The notes under the pieces are model-generated. The model saw only the letters and a list, made by a program, of their open reading frames with translations, ran no database searches and had not been told where the DNA came from. The position numbers and the translations under genes are program-made. Positions 36,492 to 48,338 of a stretch of DNA of 64,000 nucleotides are shown here, one piece after another; positions within the stretch are counted from its first letter, which is position 1, and each line of letters starts with the position of its first letter. Source of the DNA: Vairimorpha necatrix. Taxonomy: Eukaryota. Location of the stretch: assembly GCA_036630325.1 (NCBI GenBank), contig CP142728.1:930001-994000 (forward strand), read 5' to 3'.

Positions 36492-36995
36492 AAAAAAAAA
36501 AAAATAAAAATGTTTATTGTAAAAAGACAGAATCAGCAAAACGAAGAAAAGCCACCAAGCCACCAAAAACTCCACCAACCAGAAAATCATCAATAATTGC
36601 GTTTACACGCCAGCATACCTTAACGGCCTCGCTTGTAGGAGAAAAGTTTGTTCCCATAGGATACATCCTTAGTCATAATATGACTAGAGACCCACTTTCA
36701 TGGGTCTGATGAAAAACGAAAACGCCTGGTTCAATACATCATTTAAGAACACGACTCAGTTCAGCGGAACAATACAGCTTCAGTATCATGCCCAACCTCT
36801 CCCAGGTTTAAAATATGAAGAATTACTCGAAAGTTAACGGTGTTCTTCTCACCAGCAATGGGTCTCCCACCCCTAGAGTATAGCTGACCCTACTTACCAA
36901 CCAGCAGCCGAAGGTTGGTATGACTTAGAGATCTGCACCTAGTTAAAAAACATCGGTCCCACTCTCCGCGACGTGGACGCTTTCTTGTGGAGGGT
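36492..36995 (-). mobile_element. Non-autonomous short internally deleted element: ribozyme 5' end joined to LINE 3' module
   Basis: 36895-36995 matches the 5' end at 14810-14911. 36505-36808 is near-identical to the A2 3' UTR. No ORF between them. Confidence 0.85.
36927..36995 (-). ncRNA. HDV/CPEB3-like self-cleaving ribozyme
   Basis: Minus strand ACCCTCC-ACA-AGAAA-GCG-TCCACGT-CGC-GGAGAGT-GG-GACCGATGTTTTTTAACTAGGT-GCAGA-TCTCT. P1, P2, P3, P1.1, P4 and the J4/2 C are all present, with one mismatch each in P1 and P2. Confidence 0.8.
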
Positions 36996-37062
36996 AGTAC
37001 CAAATAAAATAAAAAAAAATACGCTCTCTTGTGAAGGCCAACACCTACTATACATACAAAAA

Positions 37063-37287
37063 AAGCAGTAACCTCAAAATGTCGGCATACACCTTCATTC
37101 TTACAGTTCTGCTTAAAAGAGTAGTATTCTCCTAAATGTATCTTTGAGCTACGCTTCAGGCTTAAGAGGCTTTCAGCCTTAATCGAAACGACGTAGCTAA
37201 GCAACATAACTTAATAGTTAATCGCACTACCAGTGGTCATCACTTAGAGTTCCTCTCGTACTATCAAAGTTCACTCAAAAATACTTA

Positions 37288-37329
<42 letters not shown>

Positions 37330-37764
37330 TCTCACGTTCCTCATTACCGGGTGAACAATCCAACACTTCGTAACATATACACTACGATGATCAGAAGAGA
37401 CGACATCGAAGAATCAAAAAGCAGAGTCGCTATGATCGCTTGCCTGCTACAAGCCAGTTATCCCTGTGGTAACTTTTCAATCACCCAATACATAATGAAT
37501 GTAATTGGGATCGCTAGGCCAAGGTTTCCCTACTAAATACAGTCATATGCATAAAGTAAAGCAGATTTATTCCCTTATAATAAACTGATGGTTACCATCC
37601 ATCATTCATCTACCTTAGGACAGCTGTGTTACTTTTTAACAGCTGTACCGCCCCAGCCAAACTCCCCATATATTCTAATAAATAAATATTCAAACATACT
37701 AGTGGTTTCACAATACTTCTCCCACCTCTCTACAATATACCGAATATTTATTAAAACATACTAA

Positions 37765-37796
<32 letters not shown>

Positions 37797-37895
37797 GATA
37801 AATAACAAGCCCGTTCCCTTGTCTCGTGGTTTCACAAAATTGTAAGTAGGGACAGTAGGAATCTCGTTGCTCCATTCATGCGCGTCACCAATTAA

Positions 37896-37948
<53 letters not shown>

Positions 37949-39544
37949 ATTCGCTTACACAACTTTAACAATAAATGCACTGGGCAGAATTCACTTCTTG
38001 TAAATACAAAAAGCTATGTTTTTAATAAACAGTCAGATTCCTTACATAGTAAAAGTTCTAGCATGCTAGAGCCAATCTTTATCCCAAAGTTACAGATCTA
38101 ATTTGCCGAATTCCCTTACTTACTTTAATTTAAAATATTTGTTATGATACAAAGACACCTGATGCGGTATAGGTACGGTTAAAATTATTTTATTTTTATC
38201 AAGTATATATAACTAACTATTTCTTATCATGACAATCCCATAGTTAAAATTAAATTTAATTCATTTATCTTAAATTTATTGAAATATACTGTCATTATCA
38301 AGTTACCTTATAATAATTTAATAAAGAATTATTAATCTTTTTTGTTTTTATAAATAACACCGATTCACTTCAATAATAATTGAAAACCCTAGTCTATATC
38401 TATACAAATATATTGTTACTGCCTCCAAGATCGGCTCATTTGTTTCTTCTATATATACTCACATATATACTTCAATACAAACAAATTGCACAGCTACCTA
38501 AATATTTATTAGAAACATCTCATAAAAGTAGTAATCTTCTTCCATTTTATACAATAATACATTCGGTAGGTACGTTGTAACACGTTTCTTAGCGGATTTC
38601 TACTTCCATAACAACCGCCCTACTGTCTCAATGTATTCATCATATTTATGGTATAATATCTACTATTTAGAATATTTAATGTTTCATAAGGTTCATCCCT
38701 TTTTGCACATCATTCTTACAATCATGTGCCCACTAGTTATACAATAGATTCATTATATAAATTTAATTTATATAATTCCATAGAATTAAAGATTTCTCAT
38801 AGTTAAAAAACTATAACAGTGTCCTACATCTATGTCCTATACAATAATAACTGCTGTCCTGAGAGACATTTCGCTGTGAACCAGCTACCACACAGTTCGA
38901 TTGGTCTTTCGCCACTATACACATCTTAAATCATCGATTTGCACGTCAGAATGATTATGGTCTTCCAATAAACTGTTGCTTATCTTCAACCAGAACATGT
39001 ATAGTTCACTGTGTTTCGGGTCTTATAATTATAACTTATCAAGTTAATAAAGATTAAAAATTTACTTTTATCTTGCTATAATTATAATCTCCTTGGTCCG
39101 TGTTTCAAGACGGGTCCTTAAAAATAAGGCTAAACTCCACACATTTTCACAAGTTCCTTCGCAGTACTTATTTTCTATCGGTATACCATTATATTTAACC
39201 TTAGATATTTCATTCTACCTTTATTCAAACTGCACTACCAAGCAGCTCTACTCAAGTACATTATTATTCTATTCTATTAATAACGAATATAATATTCTCT
39301 ATAAATATAATTAATAGAATAAACCATTTACAACTCCAATTAAGGATTACAATGGAGGGTTATTTCTTGTTCACTCGCTGCTACTAAAGAAATCCTAGTT
39401 AGTTTCTTTTCCTCCTTTTAATGATATGCTTAAGTTCAAAGGGTTATCAATACATTATAAATATATTAATTAGGTAAATAATATACTTTCGTATTCTATT
39501 ACGACCTTCATCGTTATGGTATCCTATTGATCCCATGTGTGGGT
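37063..39544 (-). rRNA. Large subunit rRNA (microsporidian, 5.8S-like region fused at 5' end); ends approximate
   Basis: Minus strand conserved motifs TTGAACTTAAGCATATC, GACCCGTCTTGAAACACGGACCAAGGAG, TTAAGGTAGCCAAATGCC, CAGGGATAACTGGCTTGT and the sarcin-ricin loop AGTACGAGAGGAAC. Confidence 0.96.
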
Positions 39545-39581
39545 AAATTTAATAATTAAAATTAATTTAAATTTAACTTAT
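39545..39581 (-). other. Very short AT-rich ITS
   Basis: ~37 bp, almost all A/T, between the SSU end (GGATCATAA) and the LSU start. Confidence 0.8.
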
Positions 39582-40827
39582 TATGATCCTGCTAATGGTT
39601 CTCCAACAGCAACCATGTTACGACTTATATCAGATCTAATACATATTGTTCAAGTAGTTTTCACTAATTTCACAACACATATCATCTTAGATAGCGACGG
39701 GCGGTGTGTACAAAGAACAGGGACACATTCAATTCTACTTATTTAATAAAATTTACTAGCAATTCCAAGTTCAAATATCTCTTACAAAATATTATCCCAT
39801 AAAGATTATATATCTATTGTATTGCGCGTGCAGCCCAAAATGTCTGAGGGCATAACGGACCTGTTTTAATCCTTTCCTTCCTACACTGATTGTGTCTGTC
39901 TATTAATAAAAGGGTCTCACGTCTTGTTGAAATTAATCAAAACTTCACAGCATCCATTGAAAACGGCCATGCACCACTATTATCATTCTCAGATTGAAAA
40001 TCTTCTCTGAATAATAAAATATTGGTAAGTTGCCTCGCGTTGAGTCAAATTAAGCCGCACAATCCACTCCTTGTGGTATTCTTCCGTCAATTTCTTTAAT
40101 TTTCAATCTTGCGATCATACTATCCCCAGAGCCAAAAAACTCAAATTTCTATCATCTAATACAATTAATATCATATCACATCGTCGGCATAGTTTACTGC
40201 TGGAACTACAATGGTATCTAATCATCTTCGCTCCTCCAGCTTACGTCCTTGTTCAAAAAATACATACAAGTGTACAGCTTTCGCTTCTGTTCGTCCAGTC
40301 AGGGTCGTCACATTTCATCTCTCTCCCAACTATACAGTACACCTCATATTGCTTCTTAAATATAAACTACGGACTTTTTAACTGCATCAATCATCATACA
40401 CACTCTTGGAACAAGTATTACCGCGGCTGCTGGCACTTGATTTGCCCTCCAATTAATCACCTCATATACTTTTACAATATGAAACAATAGAATATTACTT
40501 CCCATAACTGCCTCAGATAAAATCCATAGGTCAAGTTTCGCCCCTGCTGCAATCCTTAGACTTAGTAGCCGTCTCTCAGGCTCCTTCTCCGGAATATTAC
40601 AAAGTAATACCGTTACCCGTCATTGCCTTGTTAAGCCATTACCTTAACAACTAGCTGATAGGTCTCACTCTTACTGTATATGTCTTATGCTACACTTTAA
40701 CGCAGTTATACTAATTTAATACATTAAATAAAGTGAGTATTACTGAGCAGTCCATTTTTCCATATCAAAAACATGCATGGGTTAATCTTAGGGAATAGCG
40801 TCTACGTCAGGCAGAATCAACCTGGTG
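39582..40827 (-). rRNA. Small subunit rRNA (reduced, Vairimorpha/Nosema type)
   Basis: Starts CACCAGGTTGATTCTGCCTGACG. Contains GTGCCAGCAGCCGCGGTAA and TGTACACACCGCCCGTC. ~1.25 kb. Confidence 0.98.
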
Positions 40828-43800
40828 TTGTGTATTAAAAATCAATATATTTGATTTTAATCAGTATTTATGAAAATATTAGAAATAAATATATTTCTTA
40901 ATACAAATTCTTATAATATAAAATATGAAAACTATAATTGTTTAAAAATACTTAATAAATGATATAATATCAGATTGGATGAAATAAAATTTTACAAGGG
41001 TAAAAAATTATTTTAATAAATCAGCAAATGATTGATTAATCACTGATTCACTGATCAAAATTGTAATCTGAGATTAGCAACATTTATAATTGTGTAAATA
41101 ATGTATAAAAAACAAAATGGATTCTACATGATGCTTCATGAACAACTGAGACTATATGATACTGCAGTATTATACATAACACAACTTATATATTTATCTT
41201 AAATTATGATTATTCTAATAATTAAATGATCTATTATCTAATTCTCAGATATAAAATTATTTTGTCTAATACACATTTGTTTTGTTTATTTGTTGACTTA
41301 AACAAATAAACAAGAAACTTGACATTTTTAAGATGTGAGATGACACTTTGACTTTGATACTCACATAAAAATATATTATATCTTTTCCATGGTGAGTTTG
41401 TGATGTATAATACAAATAAATGCATCATGTATAATTGTATATTAATTTATGTAGTATAAAGTACATATGCTCTTAAAATATATTTTTATTTCTTCACTTA
41501 CTGATAGCTTCATTGGCCTTGTTCCTATTTGATTACATGCACTTCTTTTTTTATTTTTAATGTATGTTTAACAAGAATACTAATTGTTTGTATCGTACAT
41601 GAAAATATATCTCTATAAATATTTTTTGTTGATTTTTTGACGTTTACCGGTCAATGATAAGTTGCTTGACAGATTTATTTTATGTGATATGTCATTATGA
41701 CATGAAAGTAGCCCTACAAAAATATAAAATTATACAGGTATATTTTGTTAGCTTTTGATAAATACAAACAAAAGTAGTGGATTTTCTAAAATATAAACAT
41801 TGAGCCACAAAATTAATATATGAAACGATGGAACACCTAAAAAAAATGATAAAGCAACATACCATCATGACCAGGCCCTTTATTTGGCCGCGACAGAAAA
41901 AATAATATATTTTTTGAGAGGTAATTTTTAAACATTTACATATAACTTTAGTTAGAGGAGGAGTTGTAACTGTATATAACCAACGTGGGAAATCGATGTA
42001 GCTGTTACAAGAATTGTAAATATTTTAGTGTAATATCTCAACCCTTCTTTTAAAATGTTTTTAAAGCTTATGCAGGCAAACAAATCTCTACTTGTAAAAA
42101 TATGTTTCGTCAATATTTGATCGGATACTATAGCAAGAAATTATAAAAAACATATATTCCTAAAATATTGAGTTTCTCATTGATATATATGTTTTTAAAC
42201 TATTTAAAAACTTAAGAATAACATTAAATTATTTTAACTCTCGTGGATCTATTTAATTTGACTGTAATTAACAATATTTACAAGTAACCCCCGTTTAGTG
42301 AAAACTTCAATTAAAATTTGTTAAGATTATGTTTCTGAATTTGTAAAACGTCTTTGTGTCTGTCAGGATATATTGTCTCCAACAATAAATTAGAAAATAT
42401 TAACAAAATGCATTTTAATGTCTAAAAAAAGAAAACAATAATTTTTTAGAAATAGGCTCTTGATTTAATAAAGAAAATTTTTTTATCAAAATCAGTCGTA
42501 TAAATATAAAATAAATAGATTCCGATTATAAATTAAAAATATGAAAATAATTTTTGCATTATCTATGTGAAATAAATAAATATACAATTGAGAATTGTCT
42601 CATGGCTTTAGGTTTTTTGCGAAGCGACCCAAAAAACTCTAGAATCGGGCTCAATGGCTTATTTCTTCTTCCGTACTTTATTATCTAAATTTTCTCTGGG
42701 TTCCAAATAAATTTTGAGTAATTTTGTCTGTATAATGCCTCAGTACAGTCTTCTAGCTTGACCTAACAGCATATTTACTGTGGTGTTTGAACAATAACAT
42801 ATTACGTATTTTACAGTTCATACGTTATCTATAAGCTTTTTTTATTTTTGCTATAGACAATGACAACTAAATATGGTTTCAATATTTAAAGAAATCATTG
42901 TATCGTTAATCTTAAAGTCGCAATGTATGAGATACAGAACTTACAACTGAGTTTTGATTTCTAATAAAACACTAGTAGAATCTGATTCTATTTTCATTTA
43001 GATTAAAACCAATCCAAAATGTTTTTAGGTCTTTATTATCGTAAAAAAAAACTAATACTTAATTTGAAACTATAATTAATTTCATTTATGCGAAATTATT
43101 ATACGTCATATAAAATGTGTAAACTTCGTGCTCTTCAAAATTTATACGTCAATATGTTACAGTATAGTAGAATTTGAATTATGGATTTTTATATTATAAA
43201 TTATAATTTTTTTCTGGATTATTTTTATATTCTCGATAATTATATTATAGATATTTGGCTTTTGAGTAACATATCAAACATTGAAATACGAATAAGTGAG
43301 AAACAATGACAGAATGTACATAGTTGTTTGTCTAAACACCCTAACGGTTTCAGGCATTTAATAGGATGCTTAAACTTCCTATTTGAGTTCAGATTTATGT
43401 GGTTCGAGTTAAAAATCTTTCCGAAATAAAAATTACTGCAATATCTTTTTTATCTAAATTTTTTCAGACATACAGAGCCGATTCGATTATTTTTAAAAAA
43501 ATATTTGTTTTAGAAACAGAATCAATTTACATTGTATTGTTCAGACAAACATAAACACCTTATGTTAGACTTCCAATATCTATTTACATAAAACATTTTT
43601 GCTTTTTCTCATACTATATAGTTCTTCTTAAATATAGTAGTCATTATTCATCATATAAAATCAATAATCGTGTAAGACACTACCGTTACTAGTAATTTAA
43701 TTCCCTTTGTACAACTCGACTTACATCATCTTCAAAAAGACCTTTGCATACTTTTAAAAAATTTGAAATTTCCTGGATAAATTTTCAATTTGCTACTTTC

Positions 43801-44273
43801 ATATTAATTTATGATAGTATTATTGTTTTAATTTTTGATTTAAGTTTTTTCTAAAAATAAAAGTACACTAGCGTATGTATTCTTTTATTATAATTGTTGA
43901 GTCCCGAAGACATGTCTGTATTAAATTGCATAATTTATTAGAATAAGTTTTCTTAAATAGTTTCAGTGAAACATACGTTACAGATAATAGAAGATAACTG
44001 GTTTACGATGACTGAAACTGTCTGGTGTTTGAAACAAGATAGTACTTGTTTCATGTGTTACAACAATAATGCTATCAACTTGATTCGTTCATCGGTGTTT
44101 TTTTATATGGACTTCGACCTATGTTGGGTGAATTTAAAAAAGAAAGATCATGGATTTTAAAAAATTAGAAATAACATTTTAAGCATAACTTAAATGAAAA
44201 TTAATTCACACCAACCTACCAACAATAATGTGGTATCTTTTAAATGTTTTAGGTTCAATTGTTTTATACTTAT

Positions 44274-47200
44274 TGTCGATATTTAATAGTTTATTAAATT
44301 TTTCGTCTCTTCCTTCCAGCTTGCTTGGGGGTAAAATATAAAAGTTTGAAATATTAAAATATTGAGAAATGTCAAACATGTCAGATATGTAGAAGCCCTT
44401 GAGCTTCTACGACATCTTTCTCCTTCAAAGGAAAGGTCTTGTTTTATATGAGCTTTATTAACTCTATTTAAACTTTTGTTATTTTTAACCATAAACCCAT
44501 CCGGTAGTATTCTATCCGTTATTTCATAACCAGGATGCCAATTGGCTTTCATTTTATTATTTTACTTTCTCTGTATATGAGAGCTTTATCTCCAATTGAA
44601 AAATTTGACTGGGCCGTTATCGTACCCTTTTCTATGCTTTTCCTATATTTGGTTAAATTTTCATTTCTCTTCTTAGTCAGAGATATTCTTTGGAATTTTA
44701 TGGGTTTCCTATCAAATTTCTTGTCAATCTCAAATTCGGGGGATCTTGCGTATTTAAAAATGAATGGGGAAGTTCCTATGGCTCTAAAAATGAAACAATT
44801 ACGGCGTGTGTTGCTTTTTCTAGTGCACTTATTCATGAGGATTCTCTCTAATTGGTGAGTTTTTTTAATTTGTCCAAAGTGTTTGGTTCACTCTCTCAAC
44901 ACATCACACTGTATTATGGTGTTCTAACGATGACTATTTCAACTCAAATCCATATTTTGCTTTTAGAACAGTTATTTGTTTATTTCTAAACTAGAGTCCG
45001 CAATCCGACAAGATTGTTTTTGGAGTACCATGTTTCTTAATTATTAGTTTTTCAATCGCATCTCTAATGGTCTCAGCTTTCTTGTTTCGCAAATGTTTTG
45101 TCTCTATCCATTTACTGTAATGGTCGATTGCTACTAAAATGAAATGATTAGTGCCATTATATGGTATTCGTACTATCAAATCAACCTCCCAGAGTTCATT
45201 ATGATTACTAGTTTTAATTACCCTGTGTTTTGTATTTCTTATTTTATTTCCGTTCTTTAAACAAATGACTCATTCAGAAACAAGCTTTTCGATGTCTTTT
45301 TATATGTCTTCCCGGAATATTTTCCTTTGATTGCGAATTTCATGTTGTTAATAGATCCATGCCCAGTTTCTATATGATAGGCTTTAAGTATATTCTCTTT
45401 TTCTTCTTTTGAAAAGTCTTTTATGATACTTGAAATTCTTATTTCCTTGCTAAATATTCTACTACAGCCGTCCGCAATATTTCCTTACCCTTATTGTATT
45501 CAACGTCAAATTTATATTCTTGTAACATCATTGACCATCTTAGAATCCGGCTTGTAGGATTTTTTGATTCCCATAAGTACGTTAGCGCTTTATGGTCAAT
45601 TCTTAACGTAAATTCTTTCCCCAAAAGGTAATGTCTATAGTTATTTATACCTTTAATGACAGCCAGAAGTTCTTTATCTGTAACAGAGTAATTTATTTGA
45701 CATCGTCAAATCTTTTACTATATAATGAGATCGCTTCCTCTACACCATTATCGTCAGCTTGTGCAATGACAGCACCAATTCCAATTTTAAAAGCATCCGT
45801 GATTAAAATAAATTTCTTTTTAAAGTCTGGTTGTTTCGATTTTATCTCGCCTTCGAGAGCTTGCTTTAACTTTAAAAACTTAATCTGTAAATCTTCTGAC
45901 CAGTGTTCACTTTTTACGCTATTTTTAGTTTCTCCTTTAAGAAGACCGAAGAATGATCCTGTTAACTCGGCATAAGATGCTACATATTCGCGGCAGTAAT
46001 TCACTAACCCCAAGAATGACCGTAAGCTTTTAAGGTTCTCTGGAAGGGGTATTTTTGGATTGTCTCAATCTTTTTAGGGTCGGGTTTTAAGTAACCCCTT
46101 AAAACAATATTCCCTAGTATTTTAATCTCGTTTTGAAAAAATGTGTATTTTGGTTTCTTTAAAACTATACCTGTTTTCTTTAATTTATCTAACACAATTA
46201 AAAGATGTTTTCCGTGTTCCTTTCCTTTTTTTGAGAAAATGATTATATCGTCTAGATAGGGAATAACAAAGTCGTTGCACGGATTTCCGATTAGTCTATC
46301 CATAGCTCTTTGGAATGTAGCAGGAACATTACATAACCCGAAAGGCATTCTGTTGTATTAATATAGTCCGCCCTTCCATGCAAATGCCGTTTTCTGTTTA
46401 TCTGATTCGTTCATACCTATCTGGTAGTACCCAGATGTTTCATCTAGGGTATACAATGTTCTTGCTCCAGCCAATCTGTCTAGTATTTAATCAATTCGAG
46501 GAAGTGGATATTTGTCTCTTATCGTTATTTTGTTAATAGCTCGGAAGTCAATGCATAGTCTTAACGATTTATCGGGCTTTGAACCGGGACGAGTCTTGAA
46601 TACCATGGGCTATTAGATTCTCTTAAAACACCCAATTGTAAATTTTTTTGAATGTCTTCGCTAATTTCTTGTTCATAATGTATACGGATTCTATAATTCT
46701 TTTGGTTTATAGGAAGATGATCTCCTGTGTCTATAAAGTGTAATGTTGCTCCTTTGATGGGGTCTGGTGCTATGGTTTCTCCAAAGCATCCTGAAAATTT
46801 AGTAATTATTTAGTTCTCTTTGGGACGAATTTCAGAAGTGATTGGTTGGCCCATACTCTCACTTATATGACTAGTGTTAGATCCATTATTTTTTCTGTAA
46901 AATATGTTTTAGTTTCTGCACTAGTCTCCGGCTCGATGGAATACTATTTATTCTGGTTGAAGGTAAGAAATTTCTTAGAATTTTTTTGAACTAAGCGTGG
47001 ATATTTTATTATAACATCAGTTCCAAGGATAGAATAGTCAGGTAGTCCTTTACAAACCAATGGAGAGTAAATAATTTCTAGATCGAGCACTCTTAATCTA
47101 AGGTCCTTAATTTCACCTATTATATTGATGAAAGCGCCTAGGCTGATCTAATTTTCGCACTTGTAGATGTTATCTTATTTTTATCTGATATCTGATTAAT

Positions 47201-48189
47201 GTTTATCAGTGAGATATCGGCTCCTGTATCAATGAGTGTTAGATGAGGAGCAGCCTTTGAACGAGTAGAATATATAAAGAAGGGGTTTCTTTTAAAACTA
47301 AGTAAATTCATTGAGTTGATGTTAAAGTCTTTATTGTCTTCGTCAATGTTTCTTTCTATGTTGTTTATTTCTTCCAACACATTAGCCGATTTTCCTTTCT
47401 TCCATCCTTTTTCTTCCAATTGCTTAAAAACGTAGCAATTCTCTGTTGTGTGACTTCCCTGCTTGTGGATAATGCGGAAAGGCCCTTTTCCTTGAGTCTT
47501 CTGAGTCTTTGATCTTTTCTGATAAACCGTCTTTGCTCCAGTAGATGCTATTCTATTATTGATTTTCTCGGGAAAAGCCATCCAGGCCGCCTCCTCCGCT
47601 TGTTGGACAAAGTGATTCCAATCTGAAGCGCAACATGAGTATTGATATAACAAGGTTTTAAGTTCCTGCGGTGACTTTGAAATAGTCATCCTTATTAGTG
47701 ATTTTTGTGATATGCATTCTCTTTCAAACAATGTGGTAGCTTCTTTAAGCAGTACTACATATTCTTCGTATGAATTTGCCGTTTTGATGGCCAGAAAACG
47801 ACCAAGAATCTCGTCTGCGTTAGTTTGATTACCAAACCGTTTTTTTAAATTCATTATTAAACTTGTCAAGGTGATATTGGCAATGTCTCATTTGTCAGAG
47901 ATATTAAGTACGTTTGGACAATTCCAGTCAGTTTAAATATGATCAACCCCAAATAGCGTTCTCTGATAATTCTGCAGCCCGCGACAAGATGTTCAAGTTC
48001 TTTAGCCACATCTCAATGTCCTCTCTCACCACTGAAATCACTAATAGCTCTTGCTATTGTCTCAATGTCGATATTTAGTTGTTTATTTATTTTTATTTCC
48101 TTTCTTTCCATGTTGCTTCGGGGTGAAATGTAAAAGTTTTAAATATTAAGAAATGTCAAACATGTAGGATCCCAAGATCTCCTACGACA
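44274..48189 (-). mobile_element. Ty3/Gypsy LTR retrotransposon 3 (decayed)
   Basis: Diverged LTRs TGTCGTAG...ATCGACA at 48066-48189 and 44274-44414, PPT GAAGGAGAAAGA. Gag, LIDTGAD, MPFGL/YLDD, ITDA, AIDHYSKW/SDCG fragments. Confidence 0.9.
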
Positions 48190-48239
48190 ATTTATTTTCA
48201 GTTATTATCTTGTTTTATTAAAATTTTTGTTTTGGGATT

Positions 48240-48338
48240 TTTCTCTTTCTCGTTCTTTCTGCTTTTAATTTCAAAAGTTTGGGATATTTTTTTAAATTGG
48301 TATTTATATATGTAGGGGTGTAAAGTGGGAATGCTCTC
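48240..48338. repeat. Solo terminal inverted repeat of the 6874-12570 family
   Basis: GGGATATTTTTT...TATTTATATATGTAGGGGTGTAAAGTGGGAATGCTC matches 12507-12570. Confidence 0.7.

Noticed and set aside
36492-36593. Hydrophobic N-terminus (signal/TM-like) of the 868-aa ORF
   Set aside because: It is chance read-through of the upstream element's T-rich tail. RT-family homology starts at ~36490.
36685-36730. Hammerhead-like CTGATGA...CGAAA on the plus strand
   Set aside because: There is no stem II and no NUH/stem III partner. The paralogs read CTAATGA and GTGTGTGA. It is the antisense of a 3' UTR hairpin.
37900-37925. R2-type insertion in the LSU
   Set aside because: The TTAAGG/TAGCCA target is intact, and the LINEs encode APE rather than a restriction-like endonuclease.
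37351-40490. Short ORFs in 37.3-40.5 kb
   Set aside because: They are antisense shadows of the rRNA genes.
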